Virus record (IMG/VR): IMGVR_UViG_3300028914_000062
Location: 1 to 64,000 of that record
DNA: 64,000 nt
Source of the DNA: a virus
Taxonomy: Duplodnaviria; Caudoviricetes
Direction: 5' to 3' (one strand)
The translations under genes were made by a program, and so were the position numbers. The notes under the pieces were generated by a model. The model had not been told where the DNA came from and did not search any database. It was given only the letters and a program-made list of their open reading frames with translations. This document shows, piece by piece, positions 19,340 through 27,635 of the stretch; positions within the stretch are counted from its first letter, which is position 1; every line of letters starts with the position of its first letter.

Positions 19340-19382
19340 CCCAACCATTATATTAAATGCGACAAGAGTCACATGAGTCTTC
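19340..19382. repeat. 43-bp imperfect direct repeat, copy 1 (copy 2 at 20363-20405)
   Basis: 38/43 identical by hand alignment; the copies flank the radical SAM gene. Confidence 0.85.
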
Positions 19383-20367
19383 AATCTCCAGTTTTATTTG
19401 AAATTAAAGCATTTCCGCAAGTTATTCTGTCGCTATCTTCTTCTTTGCTCGGAACGAATACTATAACATCCCAACCGGCTTTTACCAAAGGCTGCTCAAA
19501 CTCTCTATAAACATCATAATCCGTATATGACGTAGTCACATTGAATCCGTTTTCTACAGCAGATTTAGTTTCGTGGATTGGAGTGATCTTTACGATAAAC
19601 TTTTCCTTGTCGAACAGGGAAGACAACACATCGGCGTCGAGAATAGTATCTTTGGTTACTGCAAAATTCAATGTGTATTTTCTTCCGCGAGGCATAGGCA
19701 ACTTTTTAGCCAACTTAGAAATCTCGCCGAGACTTAAGCTCATACCGTTAAACTGCTTATCTCTCTGTTCATCGCTTGTACTATTGATACTGAATTGCAG
19801 TCCGGCTTCGCCCTTATAATCGTTGTTTTTAATATCGCACCACCGCATAATAAACTCTTCGAGGTTCTTGTTCGACTTCGGGAGCATAGTAGATATTACC
19901 GGATGTACCGTATCAGCAACTATATGATGCGCGACAATCTGTCTCAGGTGATTGAGGGCAAAGTCCAGCACTGACGTATTGAATGTTGGTTCTCCCATCC
20001 GAGCGAAATGTACATTGAATCGCTCGGTGTGAGTTATATCGGGTTCCCCATCAAGAATGGTTTCAATTTCATCACACAATTCAGCGAGTGAAGCATTTCC
20101 ATAGAACCCATACTTAGGACAGTCACAAAATTGGCATCTCATAGGACAACCCTTTTGAGTACTTATTGTTGCGACCCACTTTTTTGTAAGATCTACTGCT
20201 GTATTTGCTACACCGTTGATCTCTTTGTGTAATCCGAGAAAATCCGCCTTGATATTATTCTCTTTTCCATAATCACCAACAGTAAGAAATTCAAGTCGAT
20301 GATCTCTATCAACGTATATTTTACCAGTATGCGTTTTAATTATCTCAAGCATAATCCAATCCCCCAA
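19381..20367 (-). CDS. RlmN/Cfr-like radical SAM enzyme
   Basis: ISTQKGCPMRCQFC, MGEP, FSINS and C-terminal TCG motifs. Confidence 0.8.
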   Translation of the reverse strand: MGDWIMLEIIKTHTGKIYVDRDHRLEFLTVGDYGKENNIKADFLGLHKEINGVANTAVDLTKKWVATISTQKGCPMRCQFCDCPKYGFYGNASLAELCDEIETILDGEPDITHTERFNVHFARMGEPTFNTSVLDFALNHLRQIVAHHIVADTVHPVISTMLPKSNKNLEEFIMRWCDIKNNDYKGEAGLQFSINSTSDEQRDKQFNGMSLSLGEISKLAKKLPMPRGRKYTLNFAVTKDTILDADVLSSLFDKEKFIVKITPIHETKSAVENGFNVTTSYTDYDVYREFEQPLVKAGWDVIVFVPSKEEDSDRITCGNALISNKTGD

Positions 20368-20375
20368 CTATTATA

Positions 20376-20615
20376 TTAAATACGGCAAGAGTCGCACGAG
20401 TCTTCTTCGGCGCGTTTAATTAGCTTTAATGAGGGAGATTCTTTAATGTGCTTATAAAGTGTATGTTCTTCCTCAATCATTATATCGTATGATACCTCAG
20501 TATCATCTTCAAAAGTGCCATACTCATCAACAATATAAACCGTACCCGTTTTTACCTTATTATCTATAACAAATGATACAGTATCACCATAGTGATATTT
20601 CGGGCTTCCTAACAT
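20376..20615 (-). CDS. Small hypothetical protein
   Basis: PKYHYGDTV...IVDEYGTF...SYDIM...LYKHI. Confidence 0.65.
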   Translation of the reverse strand: MLGSPKYHYGDTVSFVIDNKVKTGTVYIVDEYGTFEDDTEVSYDIMIEEEHTLYKHIKESPSLKLIKRAEEDSCDSCRI

Positions 20616-20658
20616 CTGTTTTTCCTCCTATTTCATCGCAAAATTAAGGTTATTTTGT

Positions 20659-20897
20659 GTGAGACCTTATTGCACCTTGCACCAGCAGGAGTCGAACCTG
20701 TTGGTTTGCGGACTCGAACCGCGCTTCATTCTCACGACCCGCCGTGGGGAGTTGTTTGACTTGTCTTTGTCGCAACGCAGGGTGGTGATAGTACCTTGCA
20801 TTGCTCTCCTGTATTTATCCTCTCGCAGGAGCCCATTGAGTAATGGTTTTTCACGATCAATTACTATCACTAATTGTCAGAGAGTTCCCCGTCTCAC
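20659..20897 (-). ncRNA. Candidate multistem structured ncRNA (~240 nt) with two tandem T-loop hairpins
   Basis: Closing GTGAGAC/GTCTCAC; GGGGA/TCCCC, GTGATAGTA/TACTATCAC and CTCCTG/CAGGAG stems; TTCGAGT and TTCGACT loops. Confidence 0.55.
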
Positions 20898-20942
20898 GCT
20901 GATTTGCTTAATGTTGCAATCATAAGCTGGGACCAGCACCCT

Positions 20943-21016
20943 TGGCGAGCGATGAAGGTGCTGCCCCCTCAACTCCGGACTCAAATTCCGGCGTGATGCT
21001 GTTTCACCAATCGCTT
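20943..21016 (-). tRNA. tRNA-Gln(TTG), atypical
   Basis: CCGGA-ATTTGAG-TCCGG arm, G73-CCA, A1:C72 mismatch, GGCAGCA T-loop. Confidence 0.75.
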
Positions 21017-21185
21017 AAATAAATTGTAATACAGCCATAGGACTTTCACCTATGGGAGCGATAACTGGACTTGGGCTGCAGCACCGTTACCAGCAATCTT
21101 TTATTTCACATTAATAAGGTAGAGATTTAACTACCTGGCATATTTTATCGCTTTTTTATACTCTCATATATTTTTACACTTCAAA

Positions 21186-21258
21186 CAGGCTCTGTGGGGC
21201 TCGAACCCACACCGCCGGCCAAAAGGCCAGCATGCTCTCCTTTTACACCATCACCCTA
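21186..21258 (-). pseudogene. Degenerate tRNA
   Basis: Good T arm GTGGG-TTCGAGC-CCCAC but mismatched acceptor stem, 8-nt anticodon loop and no CCA. Confidence 0.55.
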
Positions 21259-21563
21259 ATGCTGCCACGTATTACATAAATCGCGCAATTCATATAATAC
21301 TTTGTACAATGTGACCTATGATTGTATAGCTCTATACTCACTACTGTATTTAATTGATAGGCTGTTCTCACACATTTAACCCTCTGTTCGTTAGTCCGCA
21401 ATAATAGATTCTACTCCATTATGTCTTGCGAGTGGCACCCATGAGGTTATTTGTTTCCTACACTATCCCCTTTAATAATATTTTAATATGATTTTATAAG
21501 CTTAATGAAAGGGCATTATTGTCTCAATAAACGATCACTTTATTGCTCCCTTATAAAATCAAA

Positions 21564-21850
21564 TGGCGGGGGCGCTCACCGCGGTCTGTGAGTACTGTTG
21601 GGTTCCTACTACTCTATGTTGCCATAGCCATTTTCGTGTTGTAGTCTGGCACATGTCTTTACCATATCTTTTGACTTAGGTAGTGGGTATATGTGCTCTA
21701 CACATTTATGAGATTTCTCAATTTAGCTCGGCGTTATCCCATAAGGACTTTCGCCGAATTAGCCCACATTCACATAAGAAGTTTCCTATCTTAGTGTCCC
21801 ACGGTTTATACCGAGAGCCAACTGTCTTATACCGAATAGACTACGCCCCT
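21564..21850 (-). tRNA. Amber suppressor tRNA (anticodon CTA, probably Gln) split by a group I intron; exons 21850-21814 and 21604-21564
   Basis: Spliced product has AGGGGCG/CGCCCCC-G-CCA acceptor, GTCT/AGAC D stem, GTTGG-CTCT^AAC-CCAAC anticodon arm, CTCAC/GTGAG T stem. Confidence 0.85.
21605..21813 (-). mobile_element. Group I self-splicing intron (209 nt, no ORF) in the tRNA anticodon
   Basis: 5' exon ends in U with U.G in P1; P3 GTGGG/CCCAC; P4 TTCGGCG/CGCCGAG; P7 GCACAT/ATGTGC after GTAGA and AAGAC joiners; P8 TACC/GGTA; P9 CTATG-GCAA-CATAG; terminal G. Confidence 0.88.
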
Positions 21851-21966
21851 ATATATATGGGAGTGAAGGTGTCCTCCCGGTCCCGCCTCCGTTAATTGGC
21901 GGTTTCGAACTCCATCATGTTGGCAATAGTGTGATGTTCGCAACGCCTCTATTGCCCAATTTCAAA

Positions 21967-22494
21967 TTAGAAATCCCAGATAGCTTTTCTCTTACGGATC
22001 TCTTCGGCTTCCTCGGCAGCCTTCTTAGCATCCTCAGCGGCCTTGTGCGCTTTCTCAGCATCCTCTTTCGCCTTGTTGAGCTTGGCAATCTCCTTATTAA
22101 GAAGATCAGCAATACCATCGCAACAGGTATTTCTCATACCGAACTTGTAGTTGGCACCAGGATAGACCTTACCGAAAGACTCCCAGTTTATATTGACAAC
22201 ATCTTCTTTGCCAGGAAGGACAAAGTAAGTTTCACCATCGCTGAGTTTGAACTCACACTTCGGAGTGACTTTCTTATCCTTACACGCCATTACAAACTCA
22301 AGCTGTTTGAAATCAGCATCGCGAAGGATTACAAGACAGTTCGAAATGGTCTTGAAATCGACACCGTTTTCAGGTTTGACTATGGCCACACCAAAACGTT
22401 CGTCTTCGAGGGTGATTTCAGCACCCATCTTGCCAAGGGTTTTACAGGCTTCCAGTACCTCAAGGGTTTTAATTTCTTTCGTGTTTTTTCTCAT
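21967..22494 (-). CDS. Hypothetical protein with C-terminal coiled coil
   Basis: First gene after promoter 22528-22568, upstream of the suppressor tRNA. Confidence 0.7.
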   Translation of the reverse strand: MRKNTKEIKTLEVLEACKTLGKMGAEITLEDERFGVAIVKPENGVDFKTISNCLVILRDADFKQLEFVMACKDKKVTPKCEFKLSDGETYFVLPGKEDVVNINWESFGKVYPGANYKFGMRNTCCDGIADLLNKEIAKLNKAKEDAEKAHKAAEDAKKAAEEAEEIRKRKAIWDF

Positions 22495-22527
22495 GTTTTT
22501 TTACTCCTTTTCAAATTTTGTGACTAT

Positions 22528-22568
22528 ATTATAGCACATTATTTTTCCTTTGTCAAGCGAAATATCAC
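22528..22568 (-). promoter_or_regulatory. sigmaA-type promoter with palindrome; nearest consensus promoter upstream of the tRNA island
   Basis: GTGATATTTCGC-TTGACA-17-TATAAT. Confidence 0.85.
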
Positions 22569-22583
22569 TTTTTCTAAATTTTT

Positions 22584-22790
22584 TTAAAAATCCTTGCCTC
22601 GATCGATCCGGATAAATCCCTTCGGATTAAAGCGTTCTTGTTTCTTATCCATCTGCGCCTTAATCTTTTTACTGTTTGCTACGGCACAGACAGGACAGTG
22701 TTTCTCGCCAGGCTCCAACTCAGCCCCACATTTAGGACAGGTTGCCATCTCAAAGTTTTCGTCCAGGTCGTCTAATCTGATTTTTGACAT
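22584..22790 (-). CDS. Zinc-ribbon protein
   Basis: CPKCG...HCPVC. Confidence 0.6.
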   Translation of the reverse strand: MSKIRLDDLDENFEMATCPKCGAELEPGEKHCPVCAVANSKKIKAQMDKKQERFNPKGFIRIDRGKDF

Positions 22791-23026
22791 TATTTTCTTT
22801 TTCCTTTCTTCGGTACATTTACATAAGCCGACACTTTGATATGCTCGTCATATTCGGATTTATCTACTTCTATTACACAGGGGATAAGACTGTGTTTAAC
22901 CGAAGGCATGCGCTGAGCCTTAAACATGGCATCAACCGCATCTTTGGCTTGAAAATAGAACATTAATTCCCCTCTATGACCGCTTCCTCTGTGTCCGACG
23001 TACGCTAATGTTTTGTAATACTTCAT
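22790..23026 (-). CDS. Hypothetical protein
   Basis: ORF after a promoter, GHRGSG motif. Confidence 0.6.
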   Translation of the reverse strand: MKYYKTLAYVGHRGSGHRGELMFYFQAKDAVDAMFKAQRMPSVKHSLIPCVIEVDKSEYDEHIKVSAYVNVPKKGKRK

Positions 23027-23060
23027 TGTTTAATACCTCTTTCTTTCTTTTGATGGCTAT

Positions 23061-23101
23061 ATTATACCACTAAAAAGAAAGTTTGTCAAGCAATATATCA
23101 C
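23061..23101 (-). promoter_or_regulatory. sigmaA-type promoter with palindrome
   Basis: GTGATATATTGC-TTGACA-17-TATAAT. Confidence 0.8.
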
Positions 23102-23300
23102 GAATTCCAAAAATTTTTTTCTAAAGTTTGCGGATCTTTCGCTGATTTTTGACGCACATACTTACCTTCAATCAGTTTCCATGAAGAATATTTTGATCCG
23201 TCATAAGTAATATAAAGCGTTTTGTCTTTATTAATACAAGTTGTTTTTAACACTTCTCCATTCGGGAACGCTGGACCAGTAGGATTACTTTTTGTACGAC

Positions 23301-23627
23301 TCATATACGATAACCAAAACCCGGAAAGTAACCACATTTGGGAATTCGCGCGGTGTCTTGAGTCACTTTTCTCACAATTTCATAAGTGTTTCGAATATTT
23401 TCATCTTTACTAGTATTCTTTTTCTTATCCCAGTAAAGAGAAATATACTCCGGATCAAGTCTATCATTAAACTTGCGAACTTCTTGTTCGATTCTTTCCC
23501 ACTCACCCTCATCGGTTGTAATATTATTGGGTCTTAAAGCATATATTTTACGAGCTTCTTTTATTCCTCTTAACAAATCTTCTTTGCGAATAACCCATTC
23601 AACATCCAATTTTATCTTTTCTCTCAT
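23301..23627 (-). CDS. Hypothetical protein
   Basis: ORF with AGGAG RBS. Confidence 0.55.
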   Translation of the reverse strand: MREKIKLDVEWVIRKEDLLRGIKEARKIYALRPNNITTDEGEWERIEQEVRKFNDRLDPEYISLYWDKKKNTSKDENIRNTYEIVRKVTQDTARIPKCGYFPGFGYRI

Positions 23628-23647
23628 AATAGTATTCTCCTTTCCAT

Positions 23648-24214
23648 TTAATGATTCGTTAGCTTATTGTAATCTCTTTGTATATAGCTGAAATACGTGT
23701 TATCACCAAGGACGCGCATATAAGGTTCACGAGCATAGCCTCCGGCATTAAAATACATTACATAGGCAGGTAGCGTTGTTCCGTATTTTTCAATAAAGTC
23801 TACAACCGCAAAGTTCTCAGTTCTTGGAGTAGTTTTCTTTAATGATCCGGCAACAGTGAACTGTCCCTTAGCATAAATGACCTTTTCTATAGTGTTACCC
23901 CAGTAACCATAAGCCAGTCGATTTAAGACAACCGAAACAATACCACACTGTGTTTCAAAACTCTCTCCTCTACCCTCTCTATAAACGAGCTGGGCGAGAA
24001 GTAGTCGTTCAGAAGCCGAAAAGTGGTACGCATATTCGGGCTCACTCTCGACTTCTATGTATACCACTTCTTCTACTATCTTTTCAACCTCTATTATGGT
24101 CGGTTCAGGAGGTGTAGGTTTGGGCTGAAGTGCAACACCTATTGCAATCCCAAGAACAAATATAATTGTTACGATAAAAAGAGACTTAACATTATTTATC
24201 ATTTGTTGTCTCAT
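23648..24214 (-). CDS. Membrane-anchored SleB-like cell wall hydrolase (Hydrolase_2)
   Basis: N-terminal TM; LAQLVYREGRGE, VVLNR, VIYAKGQF. Confidence 0.85.
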   Translation of the reverse strand: MRQQMINNVKSLFIVTIIFVLGIAIGVALQPKPTPPEPTIIEVEKIVEEVVYIEVESEPEYAYHFSASERLLLAQLVYREGRGESFETQCGIVSVVLNRLAYGYWGNTIEKVIYAKGQFTVAGSLKKTTPRTENFAVVDFIEKYGTTLPAYVMYFNAGGYAREPYMRVLGDNTYFSYIQRDYNKLTNH

Positions 24215-24863
24215 TGTGAAGCTCCTTAACCCCGATCAAACGCGAACGAATTTTATTAAGGTTTTGATCAACATTATTAGTAATTTCGACAATTTTATTT
24301 TCAAGCGCGACAATAGCGGTCTTAATATCTTTCTTCCGACTCGACTTAGTGCCTTTAACGATCGCGTCATGAGCGGCGCTTAACAAGTATCCGGTGACCA
24401 GGGCCCTTTCGTGCTCATTAGCATTTAAAGGAACCGTAATAGAATCTGTGGCAATATCTTTCTGATCCACGGCAATTCGATAAGAGATTCTTAACTTTAC
24501 TGCAACAAGAAGATCTTCAATAAATACATCCTGAGGAATGGGTTCGTCTTTTTCTGCGTTGAAGGCACTAATATGATATTGCTTGCCAGTAGGCGCTCCG
24601 TCAACGTTTAAGAAACTCAGGGTTGCATCAAAATCGGCACCAACTGCTTTAAACTCAGGTGTACTAGCAACTCGAATAATCTCCTCATACCAATCAGAAA
24701 ACATGGCTAACTTCTTTGTGCCTTTACGAATGGTTCTTGAAGAAAATTCGTGTTCTGAGGTTTTGTCTTTGTGCAGCAACGAATGAATACAAAATCCAAT
24801 AACCGCTGAAGCAAGCATTAATAGTATCGTTCTCACTGGTTCACTTAATATAAAATCCATCAA
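24192..24863 (-). CDS. Hypothetical membrane-anchored protein
   Basis: N-terminal TM helix. Confidence 0.6.
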   Translation of the reverse strand: MMDFILSEPVRTILLMLASAVIGFCIHSLLHKDKTSEHEFSSRTIRKGTKKLAMFSDWYEEIIRVASTPEFKAVGADFDATLSFLNVDGAPTGKQYHISAFNAEKDEPIPQDVFIEDLLVAVKLRISYRIAVDQKDIATDSITVPLNANEHERALVTGYLLSAAHDAIVKGTKSSRKKDIKTAIVALENKIVEITNNVDQNLNKIRSRLIGVKELHNETTNDK

Positions 24864-24951
24864 ATTTTTATGCCTCCATTTGCAAAAATATATGCCACCA
24901 CAATAGCAGCTGCGATAATTAAAAAGATTACAAATCCTACGCTTTCTTTAT

Positions 24952-25434
24952 TCATTTCTTTTGTCCTATATATATATCAATTTGCTCTTCTTCCGATCTA
25001 TGCTTTTTCTCGATTGCTTTTTGAGCATCTTCTAGAGTTGCGTATAAATCTTGCTCCGTATAAACATAAACATCAGAAGAATAATTGCTATTAACTGAAT
25101 AACTGATTGAAATACAGTTCTTATCCTGATCAATATTTACACGTTTGATCTCGCCCTTTACGGCGCCATAAGTGGGTATTCCATAGCTTTTCCTGTATTT
25201 ATTACGCTCAATCTTGTCAATCGCGTCATTATCTATACCGAAGCGTCGATCATGACACAATGGACAAGTCGCCAGAGTTTTCGTATTGTAAGCGGGGAAA
25301 TCCACTTCTACCTTGCCCCTACCATTGCATTCTGGGCAGTAGTACATCTTAGCCGCTTCAGTAAACACTCGCTGAACGGTATAGATCGTATCGCCCACAT
25401 TAAATTTGGGGGTAATCGTATTTTTCTTTTTCAT
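24952..25434 (-). CDS. Hypothetical protein with DnaJ-like CxxCxGxG zinc motif
   Basis: PKFNVGD...CPECNGRG...CPLC. Confidence 0.65.
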   Translation of the reverse strand: MKKKNTITPKFNVGDTIYTVQRVFTEAAKMYYCPECNGRGKVEVDFPAYNTKTLATCPLCHDRRFGIDNDAIDKIERNKYRKSYGIPTYGAVKGEIKRVNIDQDKNCISISYSVNSNYSSDVYVYTEQDLYATLEDAQKAIEKKHRSEEEQIDIYIGQKK

Positions 25435-25475
25435 AAATTAGCTCCTTGTCGCATTTTTTGATGTTTGCAGATAGT

Positions 25476-25516
25476 ATTATACACTATTTTCTGATACTTG
25501 TCAAGCGATATATCAC
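25476..25516 (-). promoter_or_regulatory. sigmaA-type promoter with palindrome
   Basis: GTGATATATCGC-TTGACA-17-TATAAT. Confidence 0.85.
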
Positions 25517-25527
25517 ATTTTTAAAAA

Positions 25528-26013
25528 TTATTTTTCAGTAGAGCCAAACCCGCCGTTACGCTTCTCTGTGACTTTATCATTGCAAACTGTATTAAAGGGC
25601 AAAATGATACCCTGTATAAAGGCTTGTCCCTTATTAATATGAATGGTCCGGCCATGAGTGCCAGCATTGCAAAGCACGGCGAAGATATGACCCTCATTAT
25701 CAGAGTAATAATAGTCTGAGTCAACAATACCGACGGTGTTCATAAGTTGCAGTCCAAATTTTGCCCCAAGTCCGCTTTTTGGGACACACATTAAAAACTG
25801 AGTCTTATCTAAATAAATCCGTATTCCGGTCGGAACTTTTAAATCTCTACCGGGATCGATATCAAAATCATAAGGAGCAAAGAAGTCATATCCCGCACTG
25901 CCAGTCGTAGCACGGCAAGGAAGTTTAATATCATTATAAATATTTTCTCCGTACACCTGTGGAAAATCCTTTTTAAATTGTTCATAACTAATCTTATCAA
26001 ACCAACAACTCAC
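25528..26013 (-). CDS. dut: Trimeric dUTPase
   Basis: SAGYDF, PKSG, GIVDSDY, QGI, RNGGFGST motifs. Confidence 0.93.
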   Translation of the reverse strand: MSCWFDKISYEQFKKDFPQVYGENIYNDIKLPCRATTGSAGYDFFAPYDFDIDPGRDLKVPTGIRIYLDKTQFLMCVPKSGLGAKFGLQLMNTVGIVDSDYYYSDNEGHIFAVLCNAGTHGRTIHINKGQAFIQGIILPFNTVCNDKVTEKRNGGFGSTEK

Positions 26014-26456
26014 GATTTACCCATCTCCATTCTTCCAAATATTTGAGCGCCCCAGCGCGTAGCTTGACCTTCAAACCATATTGCATCATAAGGAGGCATT
26101 TCATAACTGAGCTTACGATTGGTATCTATAAGCCACTGTCTATACCAGCAACGAATTAAACTCGGTAAGCCAATAACAAACGGGAACAAAGGTCCCCATA
26201 AAATATTCTAAAGTGAATGTCCGCTTTCGTGAGCTCGAACAGAGTCTTGCCCCTGACCGATCACAAAGAACATTCCTAAATTGATGCCGCCAATACGAGC
26301 CTTGGTTGTTGTGTATATACAATAGCCAAATTTCTTAGGCTTGGAGCCACGAGCCATCATAATTAAAGTCACAACCGCTCCGATCAGCGTCATAATAATA
26401 CCCCAAGTCCAAGATAAGGTGTAATATAAAACCGGATTAATTTTGTGGTTTTTCAT
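26010..26456 (-). CDS. Membrane HExGH metallopeptidase-like protein (in-frame TAG at 26208)
   Basis: HESGHSL-TAG-NILWGPLFPFVIGLPS...WFEGQA; open to TGA at 26010. Confidence 0.7.
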
Positions 26457-26745
26457 CAGTTAATTTTCCCTCCGCCTTTAATCGCTCTCGAATTACTTTA
26501 ACTCTTTCTTCCCAGATTGCCTACCAAGAAATATCAGGATCCAGCAACTCAGGATGCTCGTCAAAATTGATCGAACCTTCTTCCTGAGCCATACGAATTT
26601 CATACATATTCAGAGAGGGAAAATCTGGATCGGCATATTTCATATAATCGAGCCCTTTTTCTGCCGCTTGTGTTAATTCTTCCCATTGAGAAAAACTAAA
26701 TAACTCTCTATCTAATTTCTTTTCTAAATTTGCCATAGAGGTCAC
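26437..26745 (-). CDS. Hypothetical protein (in-frame TAG at 26521)
   Basis: Frame continues past the TAG to TAA at 26437. Confidence 0.5.
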
Positions 26746-27635
26746 GACTTTCTAAATAAGCAGAGAAGCTGTCTCCAGAGATTGCCGATTTCCAGAAACA
26801 GAGTCTGATACCACTTTCTCTTCGGAATATTCATAGCATAGGCGTAATCGGTCATAGCCCACATTTCCGTAATGGGATAACCCCACTTAATATATCCATA
26901 ACCTTTGTCGCCCCAAATAGTGCCCCAACTATTTTGTACAATCAGAGTATCGTCGTCTTTCCAGCCAACGATAACCATTGCATGATATCCGCGTTTTGTG
27001 CCTTCTTCTTTTATTTCACCGGTAAGAGAGTTCCAACCTGAGTAGGTGGGAACAGATATAAAGACTGGCCCTATGTTCATCAAGGTGTATTTTATCTCGT
27101 CTAAAGTGTATAAACGATAATAAGAACCTATTCTCCAGTTCACGGCACTGTCAAAAACATCCAATAAATTGGGGATTTCATTGAGTTTATTTTTGCATTG
27201 TTCGCATGTTCCGGTGACCGGAAACTCGTCGTAAGTGCACACGCCGTCTTTTAACAGAGCAGCAATAGCGGGTCTGACGTACATACCCTCCATTGTTTCA
27301 GATCGATTGGCGTAGATAAAACCAGGAGAAAACCTAACTCGCTTTTTCTGATCGACCAATTCTTGAGACTCTTTAATCTCAGCAAGAGAATAAGCAACAC
27401 ACATTGAAGTTGCGCCCTGAGAGTATATTCTACTTTTATTGGCAATTCTAAACTCTTTAGGATATTCAGCTGCACCGGCGACGGCGCCGGTTGCATATTT
27501 TAAGTTATAGTCTCGTCTGTCGAACTTGGAGGGCAAACATCCTCCAAAAACGACCTTGCTCTCATCAAACGTTCTTTTTGTCGCCATGACGACGCTCTCT
27601 CCTCTCAAAGAAGATTTTATCGTTGGTAACTTCAA
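26742..27635 (-). CDS. Papain-like C1 cysteine peptidase
   Basis: QG-x2-SMCVAYS, GYHAMVIVGW, QNSWG-x2-WGDKGY; real start probably MATKR. Confidence 0.88.
   Translation of the reverse strand: MKLPTIKSSLRGESVVMATKRTFDESKVVFGGCLPSKFDRRDYNLKYATGAVAGAAEYPKEFRIANKSRIYSQGATSMCVAYSLAEIKESQELVDQKKRVRFSPGFIYANRSETMEGMYVRPAIAALLKDGVCTYDEFPVTGTCEQCKNKLNEIPNLLDVFDSAVNWRIGSYYRLYTLDEIKYTLMNIGPVFISVPTYSGWNSLTGEIKEEGTKRGYHAMVIVGWKDDDTLIVQNSWGTIWGDKGYGYIKWGYPITEMWAMTDYAYAMNIPKRKWYQTLFLEIGNLWRQLLCLFRKS

Noticed and set aside
20675-20900. tmRNA
   Set aside because: No Ala-type acceptor stem with G3.U70 and CCA, and no tag reading frame recognised
21604-21816. Alternative splice giving anticodon CGA (Ser) or GGA
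   Set aside because: CGA needs a 5' exon ending in C, and a Ser tRNA needs a long variable arm; GGA needs an intron ending in A. Only CUA satisfies both the U.G and terminal-G rules
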